Below are positions 1 to 10,413 of a stretch of DNA of 59,612 bases, in pieces; the first letter of the stretch is position 1; every line of letters begins with the position of its first letter. The translations under genes and the position numbers were made by a program. Source of the stretch: Bacteroidales bacterium (lineage in GTDB: Bacteria; Bacteroidota; Bacteroidia; Bacteroidales; P3); assembly GCA_017501495.1 (NCBI GenBank), contig JAFVWV010000149.1, positions 1 to 59,612 of the forward strand. The letters run 5' to 3'. A model generated the notes under the pieces. It had not been told where the DNA came from. It saw only the letters and a program-made list of their open reading frames with translations, and searched no databases.

Positions 1-62
1 CTTTTGTAATCGTTGAATTATCGTTGAAATATCGTTGATGTATCGTTTATATGCACTACCGG
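1..62. repeat. Right arm of a palindromic phased-repeat element (TCGTTGA units, then GCACTACCGG), cut off by the window edge
   Basis: aatcgttgaattatcgttgaaatatcgttgatgtatcgtttatatgcactaccgg closely matches the right arms of the elements at 14901-15027 and 41388-41493. Confidence 0.7.
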
Positions 63-191
63 TCGGCTACCGGATGGCTGCTATATATAATAAAATTTCA
101 ACAAAAAGGCCAACATTCCGGATTTTTGCGTATTTTTGCAGAATTACCCGATATGGGCATACCTGCATTAAAGATTAATACACAAAGAATT

Positions 192-1148
192 ATGACACAA
201 ATAAAATCTAAAACAGACTGGAAAAAAGAAGTCTACGCCTACATTCTGCTGATTGTGGGCAGCGCATTGTTCGCAGCTGGCGACGTGATGTTCGTCAACC
301 CCTACATGATGGCCCCCGGCGGCACCTACGGTCTCTCCAACGTATTCAGCACCCTCTGGGGCGGCAAGATATCGATATGGGCCATCTGCATGGATGTGCC
401 GCTGCTGATCATCGGCACATGGATTCTCGGGCCCAAGTTCGGCGTGAAGACCATCATCTCCACCTTCCTCATCTTCGGCTTCACCTTCGTCATCGAAAGC
501 TGGCTGTGGGGCTACAACCCGGTGATCCACGACGGTCCGATAGTGGCCGCACCCATCGAGGGCCTTTCGATGGTGCAGACGCACGACGGCATGTGGTTCG
601 TGCCCGACTACTTCCTCAACACCGTGGTGGCAGGCCTGATTTACGGCGTGGCCATCGGCATGATCTTCCGTAGCGGCGCCACGAGCGGCGGCTCGGACAT
701 CATCTCGATGATTCTGCACAAGTACACCAAAATCTCGCTCGGCACCCTGGTGACCATCGTCGACGGATGCATCACGCTGAGCACCCTCATCGCCTTCGGC
801 GACATACGCCTGCCCATCTACTCCATCATCATCATCTTCATCGAAGGCAAGGTGATCGACCTCGTGGTCGACGGCATGAAGAGCTACAAGACCATGTTCA
901 TCGTCACCGACCAGATGGACACCGTGCGCGACTACATCATCAACGACCTCCATCGCGGCGGCACCTACCTGCAGGGCAAAGGCCTCTACCAAGGCAACGA
1001 ACGCAACATGATCTACGTCACCCTCGAGCGCCCCGACATGGTCAAACTGCGCGCCAAGCTGCACGAGCTCGACCCGCAAGCCTTCGTCAACGTGGTGGAC
1101 AGCAGCGAGATTCTCGGCCAGGGTTTCAAGGCCCTGCCAAAAGAGTGA
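192..1148 (+). CDS. YitT-family membrane protein (multi-TM N-terminus plus DUF2179-like C-terminal domain)
   Basis: ORF 51..1148. A -7 box tatttttg at 131-138 argues for an internal start (ATG 192, alternative 153). Hydrophobic N-terminal two thirds, and a C-terminus GGTYLQGKGLY..MIYVTLERPDMVKLRAKL typical of YitT. Confidence 0.75.
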   Translation: MTQIKSKTDWKKEVYAYILLIVGSALFAAGDVMFVNPYMMAPGGTYGLSNVFSTLWGGKISIWAICMDVPLLIIGTWILGPKFGVKTIISTFLIFGFTFVIESWLWGYNPVIHDGPIVAAPIEGLSMVQTHDGMWFVPDYFLNTVVAGLIYGVAIGMIFRSGATSGGSDIISMILHKYTKISLGTLVTIVDGCITLSTLIAFGDIRLPIYSIIIIFIEGKVIDLVVDGMKSYKTMFIVTDQMDTVRDYIINDLHRGGTYLQGKGLYQGNERNMIYVTLERPDMVKLRAKLHELDPQAFVNVVDSSEILGQGFKALPKE

Positions 1149-1190
1149 CCACCGGCACAATAAAAACAGCCAATCCGCGTTAAAGAAACC

Positions 1191-2387
1191 ATGAAGGTAC
1201 TCCAGCTCTGCACCAAACCGCCATATCCGCCGGTCGACGGCGGCACCATCGCGATGCACAGCATCACGCAGGGGCTGCTGGCCGCCGGATGCGAGGTGCG
1301 CGTGCTGACGGTGGAGACCGACAAGCACCCCCTGCGGAGCGAAGCCGTAGACGAGCACTACAGGCAGCAGACGCACATAGAAAGCGTGTACATAGACCTC
1401 GGGGCGAAACCCCTGCCGGCCCTGATGGCGATGATGTGCGGCGAGTCGTATCACGTCAAACGCTACGTAAGCCCAGCCTTTGCCGAAAAGCTGCGCCGGG
1501 TGCTGCAGGAAGAGGAGTTCGACATAGTGCACGTCGAAAGCATATTCCTCACACCCTACGTGCCACTCATCCGCCGCCATTCGCAAGCCAAAATCATACT
1601 GAGAGCCCACAACGTGGAGCACATGATCTGGCGGCGGGTGGCACAGAGCACGCGCCACGGGCTGAAGCGCTGGTACCTCAAGCACCTGTCGCTCACCCTG
1701 CGGGCCTACGAAGTGGAGCACGTGAACGACTACGACGGCGTGGTATGCATCACGCGCAACGACGCCGAACGCTTCCGCGCCGACGGCTGCCGCCGCCCTA
1801 TAACCGACATACCCTTCGGCATCGAGCCCGAAGAAGTGACGCACGCAGAGGTGGAACGCGGCTCGCTCTTCCACATCGGCGCCATGGACTGGATTCCCAA
1901 CCAGGAAGGCATCGAATGGCTGCTCGACGAAGTGTGGCCAGCCGTGCACCGCGAAGTGCCGCAGACCCATCTCTACCTGGCCGGACGCAAAATGCCGCAG
2001 CGCTGGATGGACGCTTCGATCGACGGTGTGACGGTGGTGGGCGAGGTGCCCGACGCCATGTACTTCATCGGCAGCAAGCAAATAAACATAGTGCCCCTGC
2101 TCAGCGGCAGCGGCATACGGGTCAAGATAATCGAGGCCATGTCGGTAGGCAAAACAGTAATCAGCACCACCGTTGGCGCGCAGGGCATCGACTACACCGA
2201 CGGTGTGAACCTGCTCATCGCCGACACGCCCGCCGACTTCGCACGGCAGGTGCGCCGCTGCATGGACGACCCCGAATACTGCGACAGCGTGGGCCGGGCC
2301 GCCGCACGGCTCGTCGCCGAACGATACAACACAAGCAAGCTCACACAAGAGCTGCTGCAATTCTATAATTCAAGATTGGAACAATGA
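1191..2387 (+). CDS. Glycosyltransferase, GT4/GT1 family
   Basis: 398-aa ORF. N-terminus PPYPPVDGG and C-terminus SGSGIRVKIIEAMSVGKTVISTTVGAQG fit the GT-B glycosyltransferase signature. Confidence 0.8.
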   Translation: MKVLQLCTKPPYPPVDGGTIAMHSITQGLLAAGCEVRVLTVETDKHPLRSEAVDEHYRQQTHIESVYIDLGAKPLPALMAMMCGESYHVKRYVSPAFAEKLRRVLQEEEFDIVHVESIFLTPYVPLIRRHSQAKIILRAHNVEHMIWRRVAQSTRHGLKRWYLKHLSLTLRAYEVEHVNDYDGVVCITRNDAERFRADGCRRPITDIPFGIEPEEVTHAEVERGSLFHIGAMDWIPNQEGIEWLLDEVWPAVHREVPQTHLYLAGRKMPQRWMDASIDGVTVVGEVPDAMYFIGSKQINIVPLLSGSGIRVKIIEAMSVGKTVISTTVGAQGIDYTDGVNLLIADTPADFARQVRRCMDDPEYCDSVGRAAARLVAERYNTSKLTQELLQFYNSRLEQ

Positions 2388-2899
2388 GAAAGATACTGTT
2401 GACAATGACGATGGCCGCCATGGCCATGCTGGCTGCGGCCCAAGTGGGCATCCCCGGCACCCAAACCACCATACGCCTCAACAGCGAAGACTGGCGCTAC
2501 CTGCGCACCTTCAAACTCGACGACGGAGCCGACATCTACCTCTACTACTACATAGGCCATACCGTGGTCGACGGCGAAGGCGACACCGTACTGCCATTCC
2601 TGAGACTCTACGTCAACGAAGGGTACGACGGCGACATCTACGAGCTGGCCTACGACCGCTACATGCAGCAGCCATTCCAGTCGCTCAACGAATACACCCA
2701 CGGCCCCGGCCTGCCAAAAAAAGGAGGCCTGGGCTACGACGGCGTCTACACCAACCCGTCGGACCAAAAAAACTACCGCTTCCTGATGACCTACTTCATA
2801 GACCAGGGCACAGCCGTGGAGATGCGCCTCGAAACCACCGTGGACACCTATGAGGAGATGGAATTCGAATTCAAAGACATTCTCGGCACATTAAAATAA
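2384..2899 (+). CDS. Hypothetical secreted protein
   Basis: 171-aa ORF whose start overlaps the upstream stop (ATGA). Signal-peptide-like N-terminus MTMAAMAMLAAAQ. Codon usage resembles its neighbours. Confidence 0.6.
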   Translation: MRKILLTMTMAAMAMLAAAQVGIPGTQTTIRLNSEDWRYLRTFKLDDGADIYLYYYIGHTVVDGEGDTVLPFLRLYVNEGYDGDIYELAYDRYMQQPFQSLNEYTHGPGLPKKGGLGYDGVYTNPSDQKNYRFLMTYFIDQGTAVEMRLETTVDTYEEMEFEFKDILGTLK

Positions 2900-2915
2900 A
2901 ACCAGATTGACAGCT

Positions 2916-5678
2916 ATGAAGATGAAAAAAGCATTGTTTGCCGCCCTTATGTGCATGGCCGCCGCCATGGCAACGGCACAGCTCGACATTGACACCCTCG
3001 GCAACTACGAGGAGCGCTTCACCAGACTCAACAAGGCCTACGCCAAAGAGCCCGACAATGTCGAGGCTCTATACAACATGTCGCTGTTCTATTTCGACAA
3101 TTCGCACCCGATGCGCAACCTGCCGATGGCCATGAAATACATACAGCGCGCCGAGGCACGCCATATAGTGCTGCTCGAAGAAGACCGGTTTGGCGAGCTC
3201 ACACGACTGGCCCGCAAGAACATCACCCTCACCACTCTGCGCCAAACCAAGCAGGCCATCATCGACGCCGCCTACAACACCCTCGAGGTGCGGACCGACA
3301 TGAGCCGCGTTGAATTAGACACATACCTCGACGCCTTCGGCATCGACATCGAGCTCGTGCGCCTGCTGCGTCAGCGCCGCATCAACCAGGTCTACGACGA
3401 AGACCTGCGCAAAGGCACCGCCGAAGCCTACTACCACTTCATCGACATATACCCAGGCACCAACGAAGCCGAAGAGATGGAGGAGCGTCTGTCCCGCCTG
3501 GCCCCCGGCCTGTTCGAGGGTGTGGCCAGCGAAGCCGCAGCCGACACCATTGCGGCCCGCTTCCCGCTGAGTCCTTCGATCAACCGCGCCGCCATGAAGC
3601 AGAAAAGCCGTCTGGCCTATGCCGAAGCCTCGCGCCGCAACACCATAGCAGCCTACAACGACTACCTCAACCGCTACCCCTCTGGCGACGAGAACGTGCA
3701 GGCTCGCGAAAAACTGGCACGCATGCTCGAATCGCAATTCTCCTCGCTGAGCACAACCAAAGAGTATGCCGCTTTTGTAGAAGCCAACGCCGACAACGCG
3801 CTGGCCGACTCGGCCCTGGCCGAGATGCGCCGCCTGATTGTGAAAAACCGCGACATTGAAGCCGCACGCTACTACCTCAGCCACTTCAAGCAAGACGCCC
3901 ATTACGGCGATGTGTACAACATCTACTACAACTGGCACGCCGAAGAAGGCAACGGAGCACCTATCAAGCGTTTCGCCAAGGAGCACCCGGACTTCCCCTA
4001 TCAGCGTGCCATCGAGGCCGACCTCGAACGGGCCGAAAAGATAGACCGCATAATGCTCTTCGAAGACTTCATCGACGTCGACTTCGAGCGCTACGCCGGC
4101 TATGTGCGCCGCCTCACCGGCAAACGGGCCGCTTTTGTGCCGCTTCAGCGCATGCTGCAAACCAAGCTGCTCACTCGCAACTATCAGGCCGCCCTCGAAC
4201 GTGTACGGCAGTTCGACCTCTGCTTCGAGAGTGTCGACAACAACGAATACAACGAGCTTCTCGGCATACTGCGCGCTCCCGCCACGGGACGCAGCCTGAC
4301 CAAAGAGTTCTCCGCATCATACAATATCCTCAACCCATGCGTCAATCCTGCCGACGGGCGCCTCTACTTCACCCGCTCGACCGGTTCGAGCGCCAACCGC
4401 ATCTGCTATGCCGTGCGCCAAGGCAACAGCTGGCGCGCTGCCGGCGACGCCCAGTTCTCGAACACCGACAACGAAGGGCTCACCCTCTTCGGCTTCTACG
4501 ACGGCGGCAAACGCATGCTCCTCGGCAGCAACGGCGATATCTGGATTGCCGAACTCGACGGCGGACAATGGCGCATCAGCGACATACCGACATACCCTGT
4601 CAACACTGACTACAACGATGTGGACGCCTACATGCTGCCCGACGGCAGCGGTATGCTGCTCGCCTCCGACCGCCCCGGCGGACAGAACCTCAACCAGAGC
4701 GGTGAATATTTCCATGGCGACACCGCCATGGCCTCCGACCTCTACTTCATACCCTACACCCAGAACGGATGGGGCACCGCCGTCAACCTCGGCATCAAGG
4801 TAAACAGCCCCTACAGCGAACGCAGCCCCATCATGAGCCGCAACCTGAAAACGCTCTATTTCGTCACCGACAGCCGCGGCCTCGGTTTCGGCGATGTCTA
4901 CATGGCCACACGCAACAGCGTCGAAGACTGGGCCTCGTGGAGCACTCCCGTCAACGTGGGCAAAGAACTGAACACCGGCTTTGCCGAGAAGTGCATAAGC
5001 TTCAGCCCCGACGAGAAACGCATCTACGTCTCGTCGAACTACAGTCTCGGCCGCTACTCCTGCTATTCGTTCGCCACATCGCACAACACCACCGACTCTT
5101 ACAAGACACAGACCATCGACATCCTTGGCATGGAGGGCATGCTCTACCGCGTGCGCGTGGCCGACATGACGCAGCAGAGCATCACCCAGCAGATCGACTG
5201 CCAGGGCGAGAGCCAATCGGTGGACATCAGCGTGCATAAAGACAAGCGCTACGCTGTACTGGCCGACGCCGGCATGTACTTTGTGCCGGCCATCGTGGTC
5301 GATCCACGCGTCAAGACACCGCGCCTGCGCGGCTACACATTGCCCGTGCTTGTCGGCATGGACAAGCCGCTGCCGCTGCCCGCCATCGAGTTCGAAGAGA
5401 AATCGTCCGAGATACAGCCCGTCAGCCGGATGCAACTCGAACAGTTGGCCCAATTCATCAAACACGATGCCACGTGCACCCTTGAGCTCATCGTCAACGT
5501 GCGCGGACGCGACGACGTCTACTGCTACAACCTCTCGCTCGAGCGAGGCCGCGCCATCCGCAACCTGCTGCGCGACATGAATATCGATGAAAGCCGCGTC
5601 ACCATATCGGCCTACGGCAACGTCAACACCAAGAAAGGCGAGGCTCCGGGGGTATCAATCCGCTTCCGCCAACAGTGA
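2916..5678 (+). CDS. Outer-membrane-associated protein: TPR N-terminus, TolB/PD40-like beta-propeller repeats, OmpA-like C-terminal domain
   Basis: Signal peptide MKMKKALFAALMCMAAAMATAQ. Repeats of type GRLYFTRS, KTLYFVTDSRG and KRIYVSSN. C-terminus YNLSLERGRAIRNLL..RVTISAYG is OmpA-like. Confidence 0.7.
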   Translation: MKMKKALFAALMCMAAAMATAQLDIDTLGNYEERFTRLNKAYAKEPDNVEALYNMSLFYFDNSHPMRNLPMAMKYIQRAEARHIVLLEEDRFGELTRLARKNITLTTLRQTKQAIIDAAYNTLEVRTDMSRVELDTYLDAFGIDIELVRLLRQRRINQVYDEDLRKGTAEAYYHFIDIYPGTNEAEEMEERLSRLAPGLFEGVASEAAADTIAARFPLSPSINRAAMKQKSRLAYAEASRRNTIAAYNDYLNRYPSGDENVQAREKLARMLESQFSSLSTTKEYAAFVEANADNALADSALAEMRRLIVKNRDIEAARYYLSHFKQDAHYGDVYNIYYNWHAEEGNGAPIKRFAKEHPDFPYQRAIEADLERAEKIDRIMLFEDFIDVDFERYAGYVRRLTGKRAAFVPLQRMLQTKLLTRNYQAALERVRQFDLCFESVDNNEYNELLGILRAPATGRSLTKEFSASYNILNPCVNPADGRLYFTRSTGSSANRICYAVRQGNSWRAAGDAQFSNTDNEGLTLFGFYDGGKRMLLGSNGDIWIAELDGGQWRISDIPTYPVNTDYNDVDAYMLPDGSGMLLASDRPGGQNLNQSGEYFHGDTAMASDLYFIPYTQNGWGTAVNLGIKVNSPYSERSPIMSRNLKTLYFVTDSRGLGFGDVYMATRNSVEDWASWSTPVNVGKELNTGFAEKCISFSPDEKRIYVSSNYSLGRYSCYSFATSHNTTDSYKTQTIDILGMEGMLYRVRVADMTQQSITQQIDCQGESQSVDISVHKDKRYAVLADAGMYFVPAIVVDPRVKTPRLRGYTLPVLVGMDKPLPLPAIEFEEKSSEIQPVSRMQLEQLAQFIKHDATCTLELIVNVRGRDDVYCYNLSLERGRAIRNLLRDMNIDESRVTISAYGNVNTKKGEAPGVSIRFRQQ

Positions 5679-5783
5679 GCAAGTTATCAACATCCGGCGG
5701 CGGATTTCTTTTTCATGCAGTAAGCCTGCATGTTAAAAAATGTTAGTAATTTTGCCGCCGAAAACCACAATAACCTGACGCCT

Positions 5784-6593
5784 ATGGAACAACACCGCAC
5801 CATCACCATCGACGGCCGCACCGTTCACTACCGCGACGAAGGCCGTGACAACACGCGCACCCTCGTGCTACTGCACGGATTCCTGCAGAGCCTCGATGTG
5901 TGGAGTTCCTATGTGCTCAGCTATATGAACCACATGCGCGTCATCACCATCGACCTGCCCGGCCACGGGCTGACCGACACCTTCTGCGACGTCCACACCA
6001 TGGACTTCATGGCCAAGATAGTCAAAGATGTGCTGGCCGACGCCGGTGTCGAACAGTGTGTCATGGTAGGACACTCCATGGGCGGCTACGTGGCCCTGGC
6101 CTTCGCCGAGCGCTATCCATACACCCTCCGCGGACTCGGCCTCATCAACTCCCACGCCCTGGCCGACACCGAAGAGCACCGCCGTCACCGCGAAGAAGCC
6201 TGCCGTTCGGTGCAGGCCAACCGCGCCTCGTATATCGTGGGTTTCATACCCGGCCTCTTCGACGAGAGCCGTCAGGCTGCGCTGAGCCAGGACATCAAAG
6301 ACCTGCAGGAGCAATGCCTGCTCACCAGCGCCCAATCCATCATTGCCGCACAACAAGGCATGGCCCAACGCCCCTCGCGCATACAGACCCTCGCCAACCT
6401 CGAAGTACCGACACTGTTCGTCTACGGGAAGAACGACCCGCGCATACCGCTCGAGACAGGCGTGGCCTGTGCCATGGTGCCCCGCCATTCCGAAATGCTC
6501 ATACTCGACGGCGTGGCGCACATGGCCTTCATGGAAGAACGCGACTACGTCAAACCCCGCCTGCGCAACTTTGTGGATACCTGCTACTTCTGA
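5784..6593 (+). CDS. Alpha/beta hydrolase
   Basis: HG oxyanion motif (LLHGF) and nucleophile elbow GHSMGG. A -7 box taattttg at 5747-5754 favours ATG 5784. Confidence 0.8.
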   Translation: MEQHRTITIDGRTVHYRDEGRDNTRTLVLLHGFLQSLDVWSSYVLSYMNHMRVITIDLPGHGLTDTFCDVHTMDFMAKIVKDVLADAGVEQCVMVGHSMGGYVALAFAERYPYTLRGLGLINSHALADTEEHRRHREEACRSVQANRASYIVGFIPGLFDESRQAALSQDIKDLQEQCLLTSAQSIIAAQQGMAQRPSRIQTLANLEVPTLFVYGKNDPRIPLETGVACAMVPRHSEMLILDGVAHMAFMEERDYVKPRLRNFVDTCYF

Positions 6594-6621
6594 TTCTTTT
6601 ACTACACACAGATAAACAATT

Positions 6622-6662
6622 TGGACTGGTCAAATCACAAATTTGGCCAGTCCATTTTTTTT
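6622..6662 (+). terminator. Rho-independent terminator after the hydrolase gene
   Basis: Stem tggactgg / ccagtcca followed by a T8 run. Confidence 0.7.
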
Positions 6663-6708
6663 GTCCTTTTTTTTAGTTTTATAAAACCCTGACAATCAGC
6701 AACCCAAA

Positions 6709-6830
6709 GTAACCATCTCCTACTCTTCGCTATACTTCCTCTTACTATACGCTATACCAACTACTACAAAAGTAAGAGGAGGTATAGCGAAGAGTAAGAG
6801 GAGGTATAGCGAAGAGTAGGAGGAGGTGAC
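6709..6830. repeat. Large imperfect palindrome (MITE-like) with an internal 22-bp tandem duplication
   Basis: The left arm gtaaccatctcctactcttcgctatacttcctcttac pairs with the right arm gtaagaggaggtatagcgaagagtaggaggaggtgac. The unit gtaagaggaggtatagcgaaga occurs twice in tandem. A one-arm relative lies at 50727-50786. Confidence 0.75.
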
Positions 6831-7031
6831 TGTCAATGTAGCCATGTACCGCTCCCCCCAGAAAAAAATTTGCCGGTTTGTTTTTTACAGCAAACCACTA
6901 ACCACCAAAGAGTCAACAACCTGCATTAAAAACAAAAACAAAAATTAAAAAAAATTTTGCACATTTACAAAAAAGATGTACATTTGCCGAGTTGAAATAA
7001 ATCAAATGTTTAACACAAATTATTAAATATC

Positions 7032-8375
7032 ATGAAAGTAAACGAAATCATGGCCAATTTGGAGGCCAAACATCCTGGTGAAAACGAATACCTGCAGGCC
7101 GTCCGCGAGGTCCTCGAGACCATCGAAGAGGAATACAACAAACACCCCGAATTCGAGGCCAACAAGATCGTCGAGCGCATCGTCGAGCCCGACCGTATCT
7201 TCACTTTCCGTGTGACCTGGGTCAACGATAAGGGTGAGGTTTGCACCAACCTCGGCTACCGCGTTCAGTTCAACGCCGCCCTCGGCGCCTACAAGGGTGG
7301 TCTCCGCTTCCACAAGGCTGTGAACGTCAGCATGCTGAAGTTCCTCGGCTTCGAGCAGATCTTCAAGAACAGCCTCACCATGCTGCCCCTCGGCGGTGGT
7401 AAGGGTGGTTCCGATTTCGACCCCGTTGGAAAGAGCGACGCCGAAATCATGCGCTTCTGCCAGGCCTTCATGTATGAGCTGTGGCGCAACATCGGTCCCG
7501 ATCAGGACAGCCCCGCTGGTGACGTGGGTGTCGGCGGCCGCGAAATCGGCTACCTCTATGGTGCCTACAAGAAACTCGCTCGCGAGCACTCGACCGGCGC
7601 TCTGACCGGTAAGAGCTACGGCTGGGGTGGTAGCCTCATCCGTCCCGAGGCCACTGGCTTCGGCGCCATCTACTATGTCGACCGCATGGTCCGCGAAAAG
7701 GGTGACACCCTCGCCGGCAAGCGCATCGCCCTCTCTGGCTTCGGCAACGTGGCTTGGGGTGCTGCCACCAAGGCCACCGAGCTGGGTGCCAAGGTCGTCG
7801 CCATCAGCGGCCCCGACGGTGTCTGCGAGATCGAGAACGGCATCACCAAAGAGATGATCGACTACATGCTCGACATGCGCGCCAGCAACCGCAACAAAGT
7901 TCAGGATATGTCCGACAAGTTCCCCGGCCAGGCCAAGTTCACCGCTGGCAAGAAGAGCTGGGTTGTGAAGTGCGACATCGCTATGCCCTGCGCCTTCCAG
8001 AACGAGCTCGCCGAGGAAGATGCCAAGATGCTCCTCGCCAATGGCGTGAAGTATGTTGCCGAGGTTTCGAACATGGGTTGCCAGCCCGCCGCCATCGCCG
8101 CCATCCAGGCCGCCAAGGTTCCCTTCGGCCCCGGTAAGGCTGTCAACGCCGGTGGTGTTGCCACTTCGGGTCTCGAAATCTGCCAGAACGCCGAGCACCG
8201 CAACTGGACTGCCGAAGAGGTCGACAAGAACCTCCACACCATCATGAACAACATCTACGACATGTGCGTTGAGCACGGTCGCGAGGCCGATGGTCACATC
8301 AACTACGTGAAGGGCGCCAACATCGCCGGCTTCATGCGCGTTGCCAAGGCCATGGTTGCTCAGGGTATCATCTAA
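7032..8375 (+). CDS. gdhA: NAD(P)-specific glutamate dehydrogenase
   Basis: 447 aa with KGGLRFH and PLGGGKGGSDFDP motifs. -7 box tacatttg at 6979-6986. Confidence 0.95.
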   Translation: MKVNEIMANLEAKHPGENEYLQAVREVLETIEEEYNKHPEFEANKIVERIVEPDRIFTFRVTWVNDKGEVCTNLGYRVQFNAALGAYKGGLRFHKAVNVSMLKFLGFEQIFKNSLTMLPLGGGKGGSDFDPVGKSDAEIMRFCQAFMYELWRNIGPDQDSPAGDVGVGGREIGYLYGAYKKLAREHSTGALTGKSYGWGGSLIRPEATGFGAIYYVDRMVREKGDTLAGKRIALSGFGNVAWGAATKATELGAKVVAISGPDGVCEIENGITKEMIDYMLDMRASNRNKVQDMSDKFPGQAKFTAGKKSWVVKCDIAMPCAFQNELAEEDAKMLLANGVKYVAEVSNMGCQPAAIAAIQAAKVPFGPGKAVNAGGVATSGLEICQNAEHRNWTAEEVDKNLHTIMNNIYDMCVEHGREADGHINYVKGANIAGFMRVAKAMVAQGII

Positions 8376-8414
8376 TTCTTGTCAACAAGATTTAGACATG
8401 ATATGAACCAACGA

Positions 8415-8456
8415 GGAAGCCGCTCAGCTTAGTCGGAGCGGCTTCCTTATTTTTTT
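8415..8456 (+). terminator. Rho-independent terminator after gdhA
   Basis: Stem ggaagccgctc / gagcggcttcc followed by a T-run. Confidence 0.8.
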
Positions 8457-8459
8457 GCC

Positions 8460-9455
8460 ATGCATACCTCACTACACTACCTGCTGCACAGCGGCAAAAA
8501 CTCAAAGTTCACCTACTATCTGAGTGCGGTGCTGCGCGATATTGTGCCCGATGCACTCTTCCGCTCGCGCCTGCATGCCGAACTCGAACACGGCCGCAGC
8601 CTCTACGACGAGGCCTATATCGCAGACCGCGTCGACTACTACTGCCATCTGGCCGACGGTGCCACGCTTGCCGTCGATGCTCCGCGCCTGGGCGACCTGC
8701 ACCTCAAAGGGCACAACAGCGCCTACTACTACGACAGCCGCGAGGTGACGCAGTGGTTCGACCCCGACCTGCGCTGGCAGTATCTCTTCGGCGACATACG
8801 CGACATACCGGCGCAACCCACCGTGGTCAAGAGCCGCAATATCGGACCCGACAACGGCAACGCCGTGCTGCTCAAGCTCGACAAGTGCCGCCATTTCGTC
8901 TTTCTCGACGACAAGATACCCTTCTCCGAGAAACGAGACACAGCCATCTTCCGCGGCCAAGTGGGCACACGACAGAACCGCATTGCCTTCGTCGAGCGCT
9001 GGGGCGGCCATCCGCGTGTCGATGCCGCCAACACCCTGGCCAAGGGTGGCCTCATGGCCAGCAACCCCGACGGCCGCGCCACCGCGCCGCGTCTTTCGCT
9101 CTACGACCACCTGCACTATCGCTACATTATGGCCCTCGAAGGCAACGACGTGGCCAGCAACCTCAAGTGGGTCATGTCGAGCCGCTCGCTGGCCGTCATG
9201 CCGCGCCCGCTGTGCGAGACCTGGTTCATGGAGGGCCGCCTCATTCCGGGAGTGCACTACGTCGAGGTGCGCCCCGACTATGCCGATCTCATCGAGAAGA
9301 TGGACCACTACAGCGCCCACCCCAACGAGGCGGCAGCCATAGCCGACGCCGCCAACCGCTGGGTAGACCAATTCCGCGACCTGCGCCGCGAACGATATAT
9401 CGCCCTGCGTGTCATGCAGCGCTACCTCTCACAATGCAACAATATTAAGCTATGA
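8460..9455 (+). CDS. Glycosyltransferase family 90 (CAP10-like) protein
   Basis: 331 aa. YRYIMALEGNDVASNLKWVMSSRSLAVMP is typical of Glyco_transf_90, recalled from memory of the family. Confidence 0.6.
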   Translation: MHTSLHYLLHSGKNSKFTYYLSAVLRDIVPDALFRSRLHAELEHGRSLYDEAYIADRVDYYCHLADGATLAVDAPRLGDLHLKGHNSAYYYDSREVTQWFDPDLRWQYLFGDIRDIPAQPTVVKSRNIGPDNGNAVLLKLDKCRHFVFLDDKIPFSEKRDTAIFRGQVGTRQNRIAFVERWGGHPRVDAANTLAKGGLMASNPDGRATAPRLSLYDHLHYRYIMALEGNDVASNLKWVMSSRSLAVMPRPLCETWFMEGRLIPGVHYVEVRPDYADLIEKMDHYSAHPNEAAAIADAANRWVDQFRDLRRERYIALRVMQRYLSQCNNIKL

Positions 9456-9868
9456 AACACATCGAAATCGTCAACGGTCCCAACCTGAACCTCACCGGCG
9501 TGCGCGAGCCAGACGTCTACGGCAGCGAGACGATGGAACAAATGGTGACGCGCCTGCGCACGCAATACCCGCAGGCGGAGATAGGCTACTACCAGAGCAA
9601 CGTAGAAGGCGAGCTCATCGACCATATACAGCGCGTAGGCTTCGCAGCCGACGGCCTCATTGTCAACCTCGGCGGCTACAGCCACACCAGCGTAGCCCTG
9701 CACGACGCCCTGCTCGCGGTGCCCGCGCCGAAAGTGGAGGTGCACCTGAGCAACATCTTCGCGCGCGAAGAATATCGCCACCACTCCCTCGTCACCAGTG
9801 CCTGCCGCGGCATGATCTGCGGCCTCGGCCTGCGCGGCTACGAGCTGGCCGTGGCATCTCTGCTCTAA
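9452..9868 (+). CDS. aroQ: Type II 3-dehydroquinate dehydratase
   Basis: IVNGPNLNLTGVREPDVYG, GGYSHTSVALHDAL and VEVHLSNIFAREEYRHHS. Confidence 0.95.
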   Translation: MKHIEIVNGPNLNLTGVREPDVYGSETMEQMVTRLRTQYPQAEIGYYQSNVEGELIDHIQRVGFAADGLIVNLGGYSHTSVALHDALLAVPAPKVEVHLSNIFAREEYRHHSLVTSACRGMICGLGLRGYELAVASLL

Positions 9869-9921
9869 AAAAAATTTCCCCCTCACTGTAAGATTTGCCA
9901 TACCTTGTACGTCTACATGGT

Positions 9922-10413
9922 ATGAAACGCGACACCGAACAGTTCAAGCACGACTACCTGCCCCTGCAGCCCGCCATGCAACGCATGGCAGAGAGGCTCC
10001 TCGGCAACGAGGACGAGGCGGCCGACGTGGTGCAGGACTGTTTTGTGGCGCTTTGGGAACAACGCAGCGACCTTCGCCGCGTGGTCAACCGCGAGGCTTG
10101 GTGCATCCAGCTGGTGAAGCACCGCTGCATAGACATTATCCGCAAGCGCAAGCCAACCTACAGTCTTGACGACGATATGCCCCTCTACGACGCCGAAGAC
10201 GACGCCTACAGTGCCCGCCTCGACATGGCACGGTCGCTACTCGACCGCCTCCCCCAAAGGCAGGCCGAGGCCGTCCGTATGCGCCACTTCGACGACCTCG
10301 ACAACGACGAGATTGCAGCCACGATGGGCATCAGCATAGACAATGTATACACACTCATCTCGCGAGCCTATAGCACAATGAGACAAATGATAGCCAAATA
10401 TGAAAACCGATAA
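9922..10413 (+). CDS. ECF-type RNA polymerase sigma-70 factor
   Basis: Region 2 DVVQDCFVALWE and region 4 HTH EIAATMGISIDNVYTLISRA. Confidence 0.85.
   Translation: MKRDTEQFKHDYLPLQPAMQRMAERLLGNEDEAADVVQDCFVALWEQRSDLRRVVNREAWCIQLVKHRCIDIIRKRKPTYSLDDDMPLYDAEDDAYSARLDMARSLLDRLPQRQAEAVRMRHFDDLDNDEIAATMGISIDNVYTLISRAYSTMRQMIAKYENR

Noticed and set aside
168-2360. Very long antisense ORFs in the track: 168..2360(-), 16890..19505(-), 42853..44217(-), 44260..45750(-), 45980..47674(-), 57278..59536(+), 35806..36873(-) and 33250..34494(-).
   Set aside because: Their translations are Ala/Gly/Val/His/Arg-rich, low-information sequence opposite genes with clear family motifs. This is the typical shadow-ORF pattern caused by GC-rich third codon positions. 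None has a signal, motif or promoter of its own.
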